A DNA stretch of 64,000 nt from an uncultured delta proteobacterium. GTDB taxonomy: Bacteria > Desulfobacterota > Syntrophia > Syntrophales > UBA2185. The notes under the pieces were generated by a model. The model saw only the letters and a program-made list of their open reading frames with translations, had not been told where the DNA came from and did no database searches. This document shows positions 49,032-58,531 of this stretch, in pieces; position 1 is the first letter of the stretch, and every line of letters begins with the position of its first letter. The position numbers and the translations under genes are program-made. The stretch is taken from contig CAVSPA010000004.1 of the NCBI GenBank assembly GCA_963729715.1, positions 96,001-160,000 of the forward strand, in the 5' to 3' direction.

Positions 49032-49882
49032 AATCAATCCTATCCATATTAATCTGTGTATTTGCAGTTGGGAATGCCTATGCGATTCAATCCACGATCA
49101 TGGATGCGGGGGGCTATGCCTGCATGGGAGAAGACAAGTCTCGGAAACAGACCGAACAGACCGCCATGGCGGATGCGAAGAGAAACGCCGTCGAGTATGC
49201 CATCACATATGTGAAGAGTGAAACAAAGGTCAAAGACCTGCAGATCGAGGAAGACATGATCAAGGCGTATTCCAATGCCGCTGTAAAGATCCTCGAGGTT
49301 AAGGAAAACCGCTGGTACAAGGACGAGCGGATGGGCGATTGTTACAAGACAAAAATCAAAGCGGAGGTAATTCCGGATGAAAAAGCGGTGAAAGAAATAA
49401 TTGCTGGCCGACTTTCCAATGATAATCCCGGATTGCCGTTGAATGTTCGCATCTGGACGGACAAAGAGAAATATCAAAAGGGCGAAAAGATCAAGATCTA
49501 TATAAAAGGAAACAAGCCGTTTTACGCCCGTGTACATTACAAAGATGCTAAGGGCGAAATGCTGCAGATTCTTCCCAATCCTTACAGAAGCGAGAACTAC
49601 TTCAACGGTGGTGTGATATATGAAATACCGTCGGGCAATGACAGGTTTGAGCTTGAAGTCAGTCCCCCCTTCGGTGAAGAACGTATCATTCTTTACACGA
49701 GCACAACCCCCCTCGGAGATATCAGTCTGGCAAAGGAGGGAGGCGTTTATCAGGTTAAGACGGGAGAAAAGGATATAGGGATTAAGACCAGAGGCGTCAA
49801 GTTGAAGGCAATGGTTGAGGACGGCAAATCGCAGGCGTCCGAGTTCTTCGAAGAGCGCATGACAATCAGGACTGGAAAGTGA
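49025..49882 (+). CDS. Secreted protein, DUF4384-like C-terminal domain
   Basis: Signal peptide ending AYA; VRIWTDKEKYQKGEKI...QILPN...VSPPFGEE. Confidence 0.65.
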   Translation: MLKSILSILICVFAVGNAYAIQSTIMDAGGYACMGEDKSRKQTEQTAMADAKRNAVEYAITYVKSETKVKDLQIEEDMIKAYSNAAVKILEVKENRWYKDERMGDCYKTKIKAEVIPDEKAVKEIIAGRLSNDNPGLPLNVRIWTDKEKYQKGEKIKIYIKGNKPFYARVHYKDAKGEMLQILPNPYRSENYFNGGVIYEIPSGNDRFELEVSPPFGEERIILYTSTTPLGDISLAKEGGVYQVKTGEKDIGIKTRGVKLKAMVEDGKSQASEFFEERMTIRTGK

Positions 49883-50016
49883 AAGGGAATGCATGCTTTC
49901 CTTGCATGATGACGTGGCGAGACGAAAATATCTTACTTTACAGCTGTCATGACGACGGGAGGCCCTTCCATTTCACGAGATGCGGCCAGATGGAAAGGAT
50001 AAGCGGGTGAATTGCA

Positions 50017-50700
50017 ATGGGGAAGGCGAGGACCATTATAGATGGTGTTTATCTCATCGGCGGTCCGGATGTCTCGCGCGGCGATGATGCAACATCGTTC
50101 ATCGTCGACTTTGGCGGCGAGTTGGTGATGATTGATGCCGGCGCCGGCGGGAGCTCCCGGATACTGCAAAAGAACATAGAAGACGCCGGACTCGATCCGA
50201 AGACAATCTCAACCCTTATTCTCACCCATAACCATATTGACCATATAGGTTCGGCCCCGTATTTCAGAACACAGTTCGGATGCAAGATCGTGATGCATGA
50301 CTTGGACGCGGGCGCCGTTGAGGAAGGCGACAGTGTCCGGACGGCTGCCAGTTGTTACGGGACCCTTTTTCCCCCGACTTCGATCGACCGCAAGATCACT
50401 GGAGATCACGAAGTCCTCCGTTTTGGCGGGAGCGCACTCCACTGCCTGCATACGCCTGGGCATACGCCTGGGTCTCTGTCCATATATCTTGACAGGGCAG
50501 GGAAGCGCGTATTATTCGGCCAGGACATCCACGGGCCGTTTTTGGACATCTTTGGATCCGATATAGGGAAGTGGAAAAAATCGATGAACAAACTCCTCGC
50601 CCTGGAGGCTGACATACTCTGTGAAGGCCATTTTGGAATTTTCGAGCCTAAGGAAAATGTCAAACGGTACATCAACGGTTACCTAAAGAATCACTCGTAA
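50017..50700 (+). CDS. MBL-fold metallo-hydrolase
   Basis: THNHIDHIG (HxHxDH), TPGHTPG, CEGH. Confidence 0.9.
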   Translation: MGKARTIIDGVYLIGGPDVSRGDDATSFIVDFGGELVMIDAGAGGSSRILQKNIEDAGLDPKTISTLILTHNHIDHIGSAPYFRTQFGCKIVMHDLDAGAVEEGDSVRTAASCYGTLFPPTSIDRKITGDHEVLRFGGSALHCLHTPGHTPGSLSIYLDRAGKRVLFGQDIHGPFLDIFGSDIGKWKKSMNKLLALEADILCEGHFGIFEPKENVKRYINGYLKNHS

Positions 50701-50771
50701 GAAAGATATCCGAAAGGGCGGAGCAATAGGATTGCACAAATTGGGGATTCCCCCAGTCCGTCATTTTGTCA

Positions 50772-50800
50772 TTGACGAAATGGTTTCAGTCTCCTACATT
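50772..50800 (+). promoter_or_regulatory. Putative sigma70 promoter
   Basis: TTGACG-N17-TACATT upstream of 50903. Confidence 0.5.
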
Positions 50801-50902
50801 CACAATATGTGAATTGAACGGGAAATATCGGCTGCGTGCTTATAAGAAATGCTGGCCGTAGAATCGTTGCAGTTTTTCTCCGTGTAAAGGGACGCTGCTT
50901 GT

Positions 50903-51278
50903 ATGAAAGCAATATCGTTGGAAGTGGTAAGCAATTTTCTTACGACCTACAGTCACTGCACCAGATGTGAGGTCGTCTTCCGTGAGTCGGGGCTTGGGAA
51001 GGAGGCGAATAAGGGGGATATTGAAGAATATCCTGCGGAGTTAAAAGAAGAAATTATGAAGCTCTCCGATCGGCTTGGTGAGCTTAAGCAATTGTACAAA
51101 CCGAATTGATATCCGCCTGACTGACGCTCAGTCACCACGCGGCATATACAAATCCCTTATACACCGTCTGCGCCAATATCCTGCGTTCATCATTGGAGAA
51201 AAAGATGTTTATGTCGGATGGGATCGTGAAAGGCTCGAGGAGCTTGTCGATAAATATTTAAGAGCAGGCGGCTCCTAA
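50903..51278 (+). pseudogene. Frameshifted small CxxC/thioredoxin-like hypothetical gene
   Basis: ORFs 50903-51109 and 51075-51278 join as ...ELKQLYK / RIDIRLTDAQSP...YPAFII; the frame changes at TACAAACCGA near 51100. Confidence 0.6.
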
Positions 51279-51283
51279 AACAG

Positions 51284-53524
51284 TCAGCTCTTGCTCATGA
51301 TCCTGCCCATAGCCTTCGCTGCAGCGGCTCTCACTGTAGGATGGTAAGATGTCAGGGTGAGAAAGGTTCTGTGTTTGCGGACTCCCCTTAGAAAGGGCAA
51401 GGCCTGTTTGTCGCCTATGTTCCCCAGGGCGAGACAGATCTTTTCCTGCAAGTCGATTTTTATGTCTTCAGGCAGTGTGAGCTTGGATTTAAACAGTTCA
51501 ATGAGAGGCTTTACGGCATTTCGGTATTTCAAGGAACCCAACGCGGTTACCACGCCTGCCTTGACGCGATCATCACATTCAGGCAGGATATTCAGGAGAA
51601 GCTCAGCCTTGGGCCTTCCTCCTATTTGACTGATACTTCTTACGGCTTCTCTTTGGACGCGGTGATCACTATGGAGGAGATGCGATGCGATGATTTTTGA
51701 ATGCTCATCGCTTCCAATCCTCCCTAAGAGACGCACCAGATTTCTCATATAATACCAGGGAGGGTCTTGATTAATCCTCTCCAATACGGGTGGCGCGGCC
51801 GCAGGGCCCATCTCAGGTATAAGGTTTAAAATCAGGATGCGCTCGGAACTGTCTTCACTTTTCTTCAGGATATCGAGAAGGCGGTTTATAGATGAGTCAA
51901 CCATTAAAACGAGAACCTGTCCTGCCTCATTTCTTTTGTCGTTCCTGTCAGTCAGGAAGTCTTGTATGAGAGAATTTAATATTTTATCGGAAGCGATTTC
52001 CTTCATCGTGTCAGAAGCGGCGGAGGTTATCTCCTCGTTTTTGTCGAGTTCCTTGGAAACGATGAGCCGGAAGGTCTCTATGATGGGATGACTTTCCATG
52101 AACTGCTGATCCTGAATGTGGCTTTGAGCAAGGTCACTCAGATGGGCGGAGACGGATCTGTATGCATCAGTGTACTTGGTTTCAAATTTTATCCAGTTTA
52201 TAAGCTTGGCGGAAAGCCTGTTCAATATTTCTCTCCGCTTCTTTAGGGAGAGGCTATCGAGGGCTTTAACCAGGGCCTCAGATACCTCTATCCGGATATC
52301 GACATCATAGTTGAAGAGCTCATTGCTCAAGCGATCAATGAGCTCTTCAGCTATTTCGTTTTCACCCACGGCGAAGAGGTCTTGGATTATATCATCGAAC
52401 GACGTCGCGATTCTCTCGTCAAGTATCCCCTGTTCGAGATTGTTTAGGATACTGCTTCCTGTTTCTCTGAGATCAGCGATTTTCCTGTTGTGCTCTGCTT
52501 CTTCGCGCGCTTTTATTTCTTCAATCCGCTTTTGGAGTTCAATGCCCCTTTCTGAACTCATCATACTGTCATAGGCTTGCTGCATGTAGGCAATTCTCGG
52601 GTCGGCGCTCGTATCGCCCTTTTTGCCGACGCGATCCAATATCTGGCCGATCATGCCTACTACTCTCTCAAACTTCTCGGAGTCCATCCGGGTGACGATG
52701 TCGCCGAAAAGCTGGCTGCCGAGGAGGCTTTCGATATTTTGAGCCAAAGTCATGGCAATAAGCTCAGCATCCATGTCCGATATGTATCCGGCAATGAGGT
52801 GGGAGATTTTTCCCTTATCTGCGTTGACGGAAATGTCATCCACGGCGAATAGCATATTGAACATGCTCTTGGATAACTTGGCGCTGGAGGCTGTGCCCGC
52901 TCTTGAAAAAATATTATTCATTCCCGATTGAAAAATTCGTGAGACCCATTCAGGATCCTGCGCCATGTCCTTCACTTTTTGAGGATCTAAAATGGCATTC
53001 GGATCTTCGGCCGTGATATACTTAACGATTTCCTCATCTTTTATATCAATGCTCGCCATGAGTTGATGCTCTTCATCCTTGGCGATGTAAATTTTTTGAT
53101 TAAGCAGAATGTGGGGCATTCTCCCTTCAGATATGATCTGATCCCATACTTTCTTTATTTGCAAATCATCTGGTTTCTTTCCTATTATTTCGAGAAGGGG
53201 CACAAGCTCGATCTTATCGAGACCCCTCATAAACGTGATACTTTTGATTCCCCAATTCATAATCAATACCAGAAATATTGCCACATGAGCCTTTCCTTTA
53301 TGCTTTGGGCCGAGTGGCTCACCCTCTACGAGCAGATTTTTTTCCGATTCGGAAAAGATCACCGATTCCACATCTTCAAGAATGTCTCGCAAACTCTCAT
53401 ACAGCCTGTCAATGCTCCTTGTAACCATTGCATTTGTGGGTGGATAAAGACGCAAATTGATGATTGCCGTATTCATCATGACCAAAGCATTCACTGACTT
53501 GTCTTGCAGAACCAGAGGCGTCAT
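51284..53524 (-). CDS. HEAT-repeat domain protein
   Basis: N-terminal LRLYPPTN; C-terminal WYYMRNLVRLLG, DHRVQREAV, ALGSL, ALGNIGD and VRAAA helical repeats. Confidence 0.8.
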   Translation of the reverse strand: MTPLVLQDKSVNALVMMNTAIINLRLYPPTNAMVTRSIDRLYESLRDILEDVESVIFSESEKNLLVEGEPLGPKHKGKAHVAIFLVLIMNWGIKSITFMRGLDKIELVPLLEIIGKKPDDLQIKKVWDQIISEGRMPHILLNQKIYIAKDEEHQLMASIDIKDEEIVKYITAEDPNAILDPQKVKDMAQDPEWVSRIFQSGMNNIFSRAGTASSAKLSKSMFNMLFAVDDISVNADKGKISHLIAGYISDMDAELIAMTLAQNIESLLGSQLFGDIVTRMDSEKFERVVGMIGQILDRVGKKGDTSADPRIAYMQQAYDSMMSSERGIELQKRIEEIKAREEAEHNRKIADLRETGSSILNNLEQGILDERIATSFDDIIQDLFAVGENEIAEELIDRLSNELFNYDVDIRIEVSEALVKALDSLSLKKRREILNRLSAKLINWIKFETKYTDAYRSVSAHLSDLAQSHIQDQQFMESHPIIETFRLIVSKELDKNEEITSAASDTMKEIASDKILNSLIQDFLTDRNDKRNEAGQVLVLMVDSSINRLLDILKKSEDSSERILILNLIPEMGPAAAPPVLERINQDPPWYYMRNLVRLLGRIGSDEHSKIIASHLLHSDHRVQREAVRSISQIGGRPKAELLLNILPECDDRVKAGVVTALGSLKYRNAVKPLIELFKSKLTLPEDIKIDLQEKICLALGNIGDKQALPFLRGVRKHRTFLTLTSYHPTVRAAAAKAMGRIMSKS

Positions 53525-53659
53525 TCCTTCTCCCGATGCACCAGCCGCTTGTCACACCCTTTGCAGCAATATTCTTGGCATATTATAACGCAAATTCAAT
53601 TAAATGTGTAAAATCTTTTCGAGTTTGCTCTAAAATTGGCACTTTTTTAGCAAAGGAAT

Positions 53660-54280
53660 TCACGTTTCTTTCAGATGACTGGTGTCGTTCAATAGAACGA
53701 TTGCGCCTTTTCCGAATTTGAACTCCACAAACGTCTTGGATGCGAGATCGACGTGCATCCCCCTTATGTGCAACATATCCGTGTTTTGAATCTTGCAGAT
53801 AATGGTTCTGATGGTCATGTTATGCGTAACCACGACGGTGTTTATTGCGGTCTCCGTAATTCCCGAGATAGCGCGCCATGCGCGTCTCTGAAGGTCATGA
53901 AGCGATTCTCCATTGGGCATGACGACGGACGCAGGATCATGTTCCCACTGCCTGAGAACGGATACATGCTTCTCCTTAAGTTCCTGTATCGTCAAATTCT
54001 CAAAATCACCATGGTTCATTTCCTGAAGGTCGCGGTCGGCTTCAATCACCGCACCATGAAACTTAGAGATAGCCTTTGCGGTTTCATAAGCGCGTCTTAA
54101 TGGGCTTGACACAATCCTTTCGATCGGCTCACCCTTCAGTGACTCTGCAAGTCTATGTGCCTGCATGCGGCCATAGTCGCTAAGCTCCGTATCGGTTATC
54201 CCCTGGACCCTGTTTTCCCTGTTCAACAGCGTCTCTCCATGCCTGACCAGAATCAGCTTCAAAGATGCGTCTCCGTGCAA
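53660..54280 (-). CDS. Histidine phosphatase (phosphoglycerate mutase/CobC/PspA family)
   Basis: LVRHGET, SSPLRRA, EMNHGDFE, PNGES, VVTH; likely start is TTG 54262. Confidence 0.9.
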   Translation of the reverse strand: MHGDASLKLILVRHGETLLNRENRVQGITDTELSDYGRMQAHRLAESLKGEPIERIVSSPLRRAYETAKAISKFHGAVIEADRDLQEMNHGDFENLTIQELKEKHVSVLRQWEHDPASVVMPNGESLHDLQRRAWRAISGITETAINTVVVTHNMTIRTIICKIQNTDMLHIRGMHVDLASKTFVEFKFGKGAIVLLNDTSHLKET

Positions 54281-54283
54281 TCA

Positions 54284-57200
54284 TCAGATGATGCGTTCAA
54301 TTTCCTGCCTTTTGGCTTCGAGACGTTTTCTCGAAACGGGAAAGGCCGTCTTCAGCTCCTGGGCGAACAGCGATACCTTGTATTCCTCGATCATCCACCG
54401 GTATTCTTCAATCAGTTCCAATCGTTCATTTGACACACAGGCGCTCCCGCTACTTATCATATATTGAAGATTATCGGAAAAAATATTTACCTCTTTAACC
54501 TTTCCCATTGCTTTTTCCAGATGGGCAATTCCTCTTTCGGCGCGAATGCCGATCGCCTTAAGATACCTCATGACGTGGGTCAGTTTCTCGCCGTCATAGT
54601 GTATCAAAAAATCGCTCGGCAAGAGCTGATTCATCTCTCCCCTGAGGTATTCAAGATAGTCCAGTGCCGGTTTGTTTGCGCGGTTGGCGTGTCTGAGCTT
54701 TTGAAGAAATGTGGAAGTCTCGTAATAGGACTTTATGGCAGGTCCGCACCCAATCATTATATCCTGGCCGTGAGGCAGTATGCGGCTCCTGATGTCCTCT
54801 GCATGCCGGATAAATGCATCCCGTGATCTTATGTTTTTTGAAAAGAGATCATGTACCAGCTTATCAAGCATGGCTGTTTCTACCGATCTTGCACCGCCAA
54901 ATGAATCAGCCCACTTCTTCATGTCTCCGCTGAGACAGACAGACTTTTTCAGATGCTTAAGCTCGTTCTTGAAATAAATTTTGTAAAGTGCTGCTACGCC
55001 CTTCTTGTGCAATACCTCTGCCTCATGCTTGTTTTTGTATAGACGAACGTTGACACACCCGTCTGCCGCTTCGAGACCGGGGTATGCGTAGCCCTCCAAT
55101 TGGCCTCCGCTCTTAAGGGCGATGGCATCGGGGATATCCCCGAGGTCCCAGGTAGTGACGTCCGACTTTTCCCAGGATTTGCGCGCCTTCTCGAAGGCGT
55201 TTGACCGAGTTTCGGAGATAACGTCTTGCTGGAGGCGGCTGATGTCGCGGCTCGCAGTAAGTTCCAATCCACTGTCATCTATAACGGCAAAGCGCGGCAG
55301 CAAACGGTCGTCGACGGCATCTGTATTCCATGATGACGCAGGTATATCCACGCCGAACCTTTGATGGATAAATTTACCCAAAGCGGAGATGAGGGGGTCT
55401 CCGTCGTCCTTCATTTCGTCCATGATGATATCGCAGGTTTGTGAGAGAGGCTGAAGTTTTTTCCTGTACTCCTTCGGGAGCCCTTTCAAGAGGGCTGCAA
55501 TTCTTTCCCGCATGAGACCGGGAACGATCCAATCGGTGGAGGCTGTGGGAACGCTTGAGATCATATGAAGTGGAACCTTCACTGTTACCCCGTCTTTGGG
55601 ATGACCAGGTTCATAGTGGTAGTCGCATGTGAACCGATGACCGGCAAGAGTGACGTCATCCGGGTACTGGGCGAATTCATCCTCCTCCGGAATGCGCGCC
55701 AGGATATCTTCTTCCCTCATCCGGAGAAATCTGTCGCTGCCCCTGTCCCTGATCAGTTTCTGAAGGGATCTGGTGTCATACATTCCGGAAAGCCTTTGCT
55801 GATAGAAGCCTGCGAGCTCGTCTTCACCGGCAAGGAGGTTGCGCCTCCTGATTTTGTCCTCCATATGGGAAATTTGCTCGATCACTCCCTGATTGTGAAG
55901 CAGGAATGGGAAAGGCCTTCTCAAGTCCCCTTCGATGAGGGCGCTGCGGATAAAGATGTCAGACGCTTCATCCGGATTGATCGGCCCGTAAGAGACGGGC
56001 CTTCCCGTTACGATCACGAGCCCGAACAAGCTGACCTGCTCATAGGCGACCACTTCGCCGCGATCCCGGCTCCAGTGCGGCTCGGAATAGGTTCTTCGAC
56101 ACAGACTGTCCCCCAGTTCCTCGAGCCATTCCACCTTGATATTGGCGGCCGTGCGTGCAAACAGCCGGGAGGTTTCGATCATCTCCGCGGCGACAATCCA
56201 GCTTCCTCCTTTGCCGAATAGCCCGGAGCCGGGGAAGATCATCACGTCCTTTCCTCTTGCCGCCGCATAGATATTCTTTTCCTTCTTCATCGCTATATTC
56301 GAGAGATAGCCGCTCAGGATCGATTTATGTATGCCGTCGTAGAGTGGTTTATCATCTGCTTCCTTTCCCTTTCTTATTTTCCATCCCTGCTCTTCCAGTA
56401 TCGCCTTGAGCTGGTCGTAGACATCAGTCCACTCCCTCATCCTCCTTATGGAAAGATAATTTTCCCGGCAGAATTTTCTCATCCGGCCCTTGCTTTTTAC
56501 GGTTTGCTCCGTGCTGTGGTATTGATTCCAGATGCGAAGCAGGGTCGCGAAATCCGAGGAAGGGTCGGCAAAGCGGGCATGGACCTTATCCGCCTCCTTC
56601 TCACTTTCGAGAGGCCGTTCCCTCGGATCCTGGACGCTGAGCGCGGAAGAGATAATCAGGATTTCGTTCACACATCCTTCCCGCTCCGCTTCGATGATCA
56701 TCCGCGATATCCGCGGATCAATGGGCAGCCGCGCCATCATCTTCCCTCTTTCCGTCAGGGAATAGCGCCTGCCATCGCCCGAGTCTCGATCCTTTGTTTC
56801 TATTGCGATTGCCCCGAGTTCCCCGAGAATATCTGCGCCATCCCTGATGTTCTTCTGGTGCGGAGGATCGATAAAAGGGTACGTCGATATATCCCCAAGA
56901 TTGAGGGAAAGCATTCTCAGTATGACCTCGGCCAGGTTTGATCTGAGAATCTCCGGTTCCGTAAACAGCGGTCGGCTTTCAAAGTCGGCCCGATCGAAAA
57001 GACGGACACAAATCCCGTTCTCTACACGGCCGCATCTTCCCTTCCTCTGATCGGCACTGCTTCGCGAAATCGCTCTCACGGGCAGGCTTGTCGTGCGGGA
57101 ACGGGGGCTGTACTCGGAGATACGCGCCAGGCCCGTATCGATCACGTATCTGATTCCGGGAATGGTAATGGATGTTTCTGCAACATTAGTCGCCACCACG

Positions 57201-58147
57201 ATCTTTCTTCTTGATGCAGGTTGAAAGATGCGGCGCTGTTCCCTCCAGGGCAGGCGGGCAAACAGGGGAAGAACGGCGGCTCTTTGATCGAGCTTTGCCT
57301 CAATGAGCTGACAGGTTTCCCGTATGTCCCGCTCCGTGGGCATAAATATAAGAACATCGCCTTCCGACCTGCCGTCCATGATTTCTCCGAGCGCCGTCAC
57401 GGCGCAATCAACATAAGTTATCTCGCCGGATTCCTCAAGTTCATGGTCGAGAGGCTGGTAGCGAACGTCAACAGGGTACATGCGTCCGGAGACTTCAATT
57501 ATCGGGGCATGGAAGGCGCGCGAGAATTTTTCCGTATCGATGGTCGCCGACGTGATGATTACCTTGATATCCTTTCTTTTCCGGAGGAGCGTCAGGAGAA
57601 TGCCCAGCACAAAATCTATATTCAGACTTCTTTCATGTGCCTCATCCACGATGACGGTGTCGTATCTGCGGAGGTAAGGATCGTTCTGTGCTTCGTTCAG
57701 GAGAATCCCGTCCGTCATGATCTTTATGTAATTGTTTCTGCTTGAGCGGTCTTCAAAGCGGATTTGATAGCCAACGGAGCGGCCGATCTCCTCGCCGAGC
57801 TCTTCTGCTATGCGGTGGGCCACGGTCACGGCTGCCACCCTTCTGGGCTGGGTGCATCCTATGATACCGAAACGCCCTCGTCCGGCCTCAAGGCACATCT
57901 TCGGTATCTGCGTCGTCTTTCCTGATCCGGTTTCTCCGGTTATGACGACGACGCGGTGCTGCCTTATGGCCTTGACGATGTCATCCCGTCTTCCCGTAAT
58001 CGGCAGGGCTCCGGGGTAGGTGATCCGGGGCATATTGCGGAGACGCAGGGCTCTCTTCCCACAGGGAGTTTCAAGTTTATTCTGCTTCAAAATGCGCTTA
58101 TCAATCATGTGTGCGGCATTATTCCATGAAGTTCGCCTATATGTCAA
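54284..58147 (-). CDS. hrpA: ATP-dependent RNA helicase HrpA
   Basis: GETGSGKTTQ, TQPRR, DEAHERS, SAT, TNVAETS, QRKGRCGR, C-terminal SLFAQEL; start may be 58108. Confidence 0.95.
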   Translation of the reverse strand: MTYRRTSWNNAAHMIDKRILKQNKLETPCGKRALRLRNMPRITYPGALPITGRRDDIVKAIRQHRVVVITGETGSGKTTQIPKMCLEAGRGRFGIIGCTQPRRVAAVTVAHRIAEELGEEIGRSVGYQIRFEDRSSRNNYIKIMTDGILLNEAQNDPYLRRYDTVIVDEAHERSLNIDFVLGILLTLLRKRKDIKVIITSATIDTEKFSRAFHAPIIEVSGRMYPVDVRYQPLDHELEESGEITYVDCAVTALGEIMDGRSEGDVLIFMPTERDIRETCQLIEAKLDQRAAVLPLFARLPWREQRRIFQPASRRKIVVATNVAETSITIPGIRYVIDTGLARISEYSPRSRTTSLPVRAISRSSADQRKGRCGRVENGICVRLFDRADFESRPLFTEPEILRSNLAEVILRMLSLNLGDISTYPFIDPPHQKNIRDGADILGELGAIAIETKDRDSGDGRRYSLTERGKMMARLPIDPRISRMIIEAEREGCVNEILIISSALSVQDPRERPLESEKEADKVHARFADPSSDFATLLRIWNQYHSTEQTVKSKGRMRKFCRENYLSIRRMREWTDVYDQLKAILEEQGWKIRKGKEADDKPLYDGIHKSILSGYLSNIAMKKEKNIYAAARGKDVMIFPGSGLFGKGGSWIVAAEMIETSRLFARTAANIKVEWLEELGDSLCRRTYSEPHWSRDRGEVVAYEQVSLFGLVIVTGRPVSYGPINPDEASDIFIRSALIEGDLRRPFPFLLHNQGVIEQISHMEDKIRRRNLLAGEDELAGFYQQRLSGMYDTRSLQKLIRDRGSDRFLRMREEDILARIPEEDEFAQYPDDVTLAGHRFTCDYHYEPGHPKDGVTVKVPLHMISSVPTASTDWIVPGLMRERIAALLKGLPKEYRKKLQPLSQTCDIIMDEMKDDGDPLISALGKFIHQRFGVDIPASSWNTDAVDDRLLPRFAVIDDSGLELTASRDISRLQQDVISETRSNAFEKARKSWEKSDVTTWDLGDIPDAIALKSGGQLEGYAYPGLEAADGCVNVRLYKNKHEAEVLHKKGVAALYKIYFKNELKHLKKSVCLSGDMKKWADSFGGARSVETAMLDKLVHDLFSKNIRSRDAFIRHAEDIRSRILPHGQDIMIGCGPAIKSYYETSTFLQKLRHANRANKPALDYLEYLRGEMNQLLPSDFLIHYDGEKLTHVMRYLKAIGIRAERGIAHLEKAMGKVKEVNIFSDNLQYMISSGSACVSNERLELIEEYRWMIEEYKVSLFAQELKTAFPVSRKRLEAKRQEIERII

Positions 58148-58531
58148 TAATCTGACGCGTTATGAGTTATTCTGCAAGCGCGGCAGGCGTGAATATTCAG
58201 TATTAACGACTGGTGCAGCGACTCTGGCATTGCGCTACAAGTGCCTCCGATTTTTATTCCCCGAGCGTCGAAAGCCGGCTGGGTATGTGTTTTTCCGCCT
58301 GTGGCAGCCTGTCTGCTGCTCAGCCTTTGTTTCTTAAGCCGTAATACTTCAGTTTACAGCTATCTCAAAAAGTTATATAGTAATCATGACCAGGCAGGAA
58401 TATTGCAGGAAAAAACGGATATCTAAGAACTCGATTCGCGCATGTCGGCCGGAAAAGAGTTGGGAATGATTCCCATCCCCGGAGCGGACGGGAAGACGGG
58501 CAATGCCGATGAGACAGAGAAGGGTTTTGAA

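Noticed and set aside
49049..49894. 281-aa minus-strand ORF
   Set aside because: It is antisense to the signal-peptide-bearing DUF4384-like gene and has no motifs.
53636..53652. Sigma54-like TGGCAC-N5-TAGCA on the plus strand
   Set aside because: It points antisense into the phosphatase gene with no plus-strand gene downstream, so it is probably chance.
58461..58475. Palindrome TGGGAAT-G-ATTCCCA upstream of the GH57-GT5 gene
   Set aside because: It is a single short instance; I cannot tell an operator from chance or a repeat remnant.
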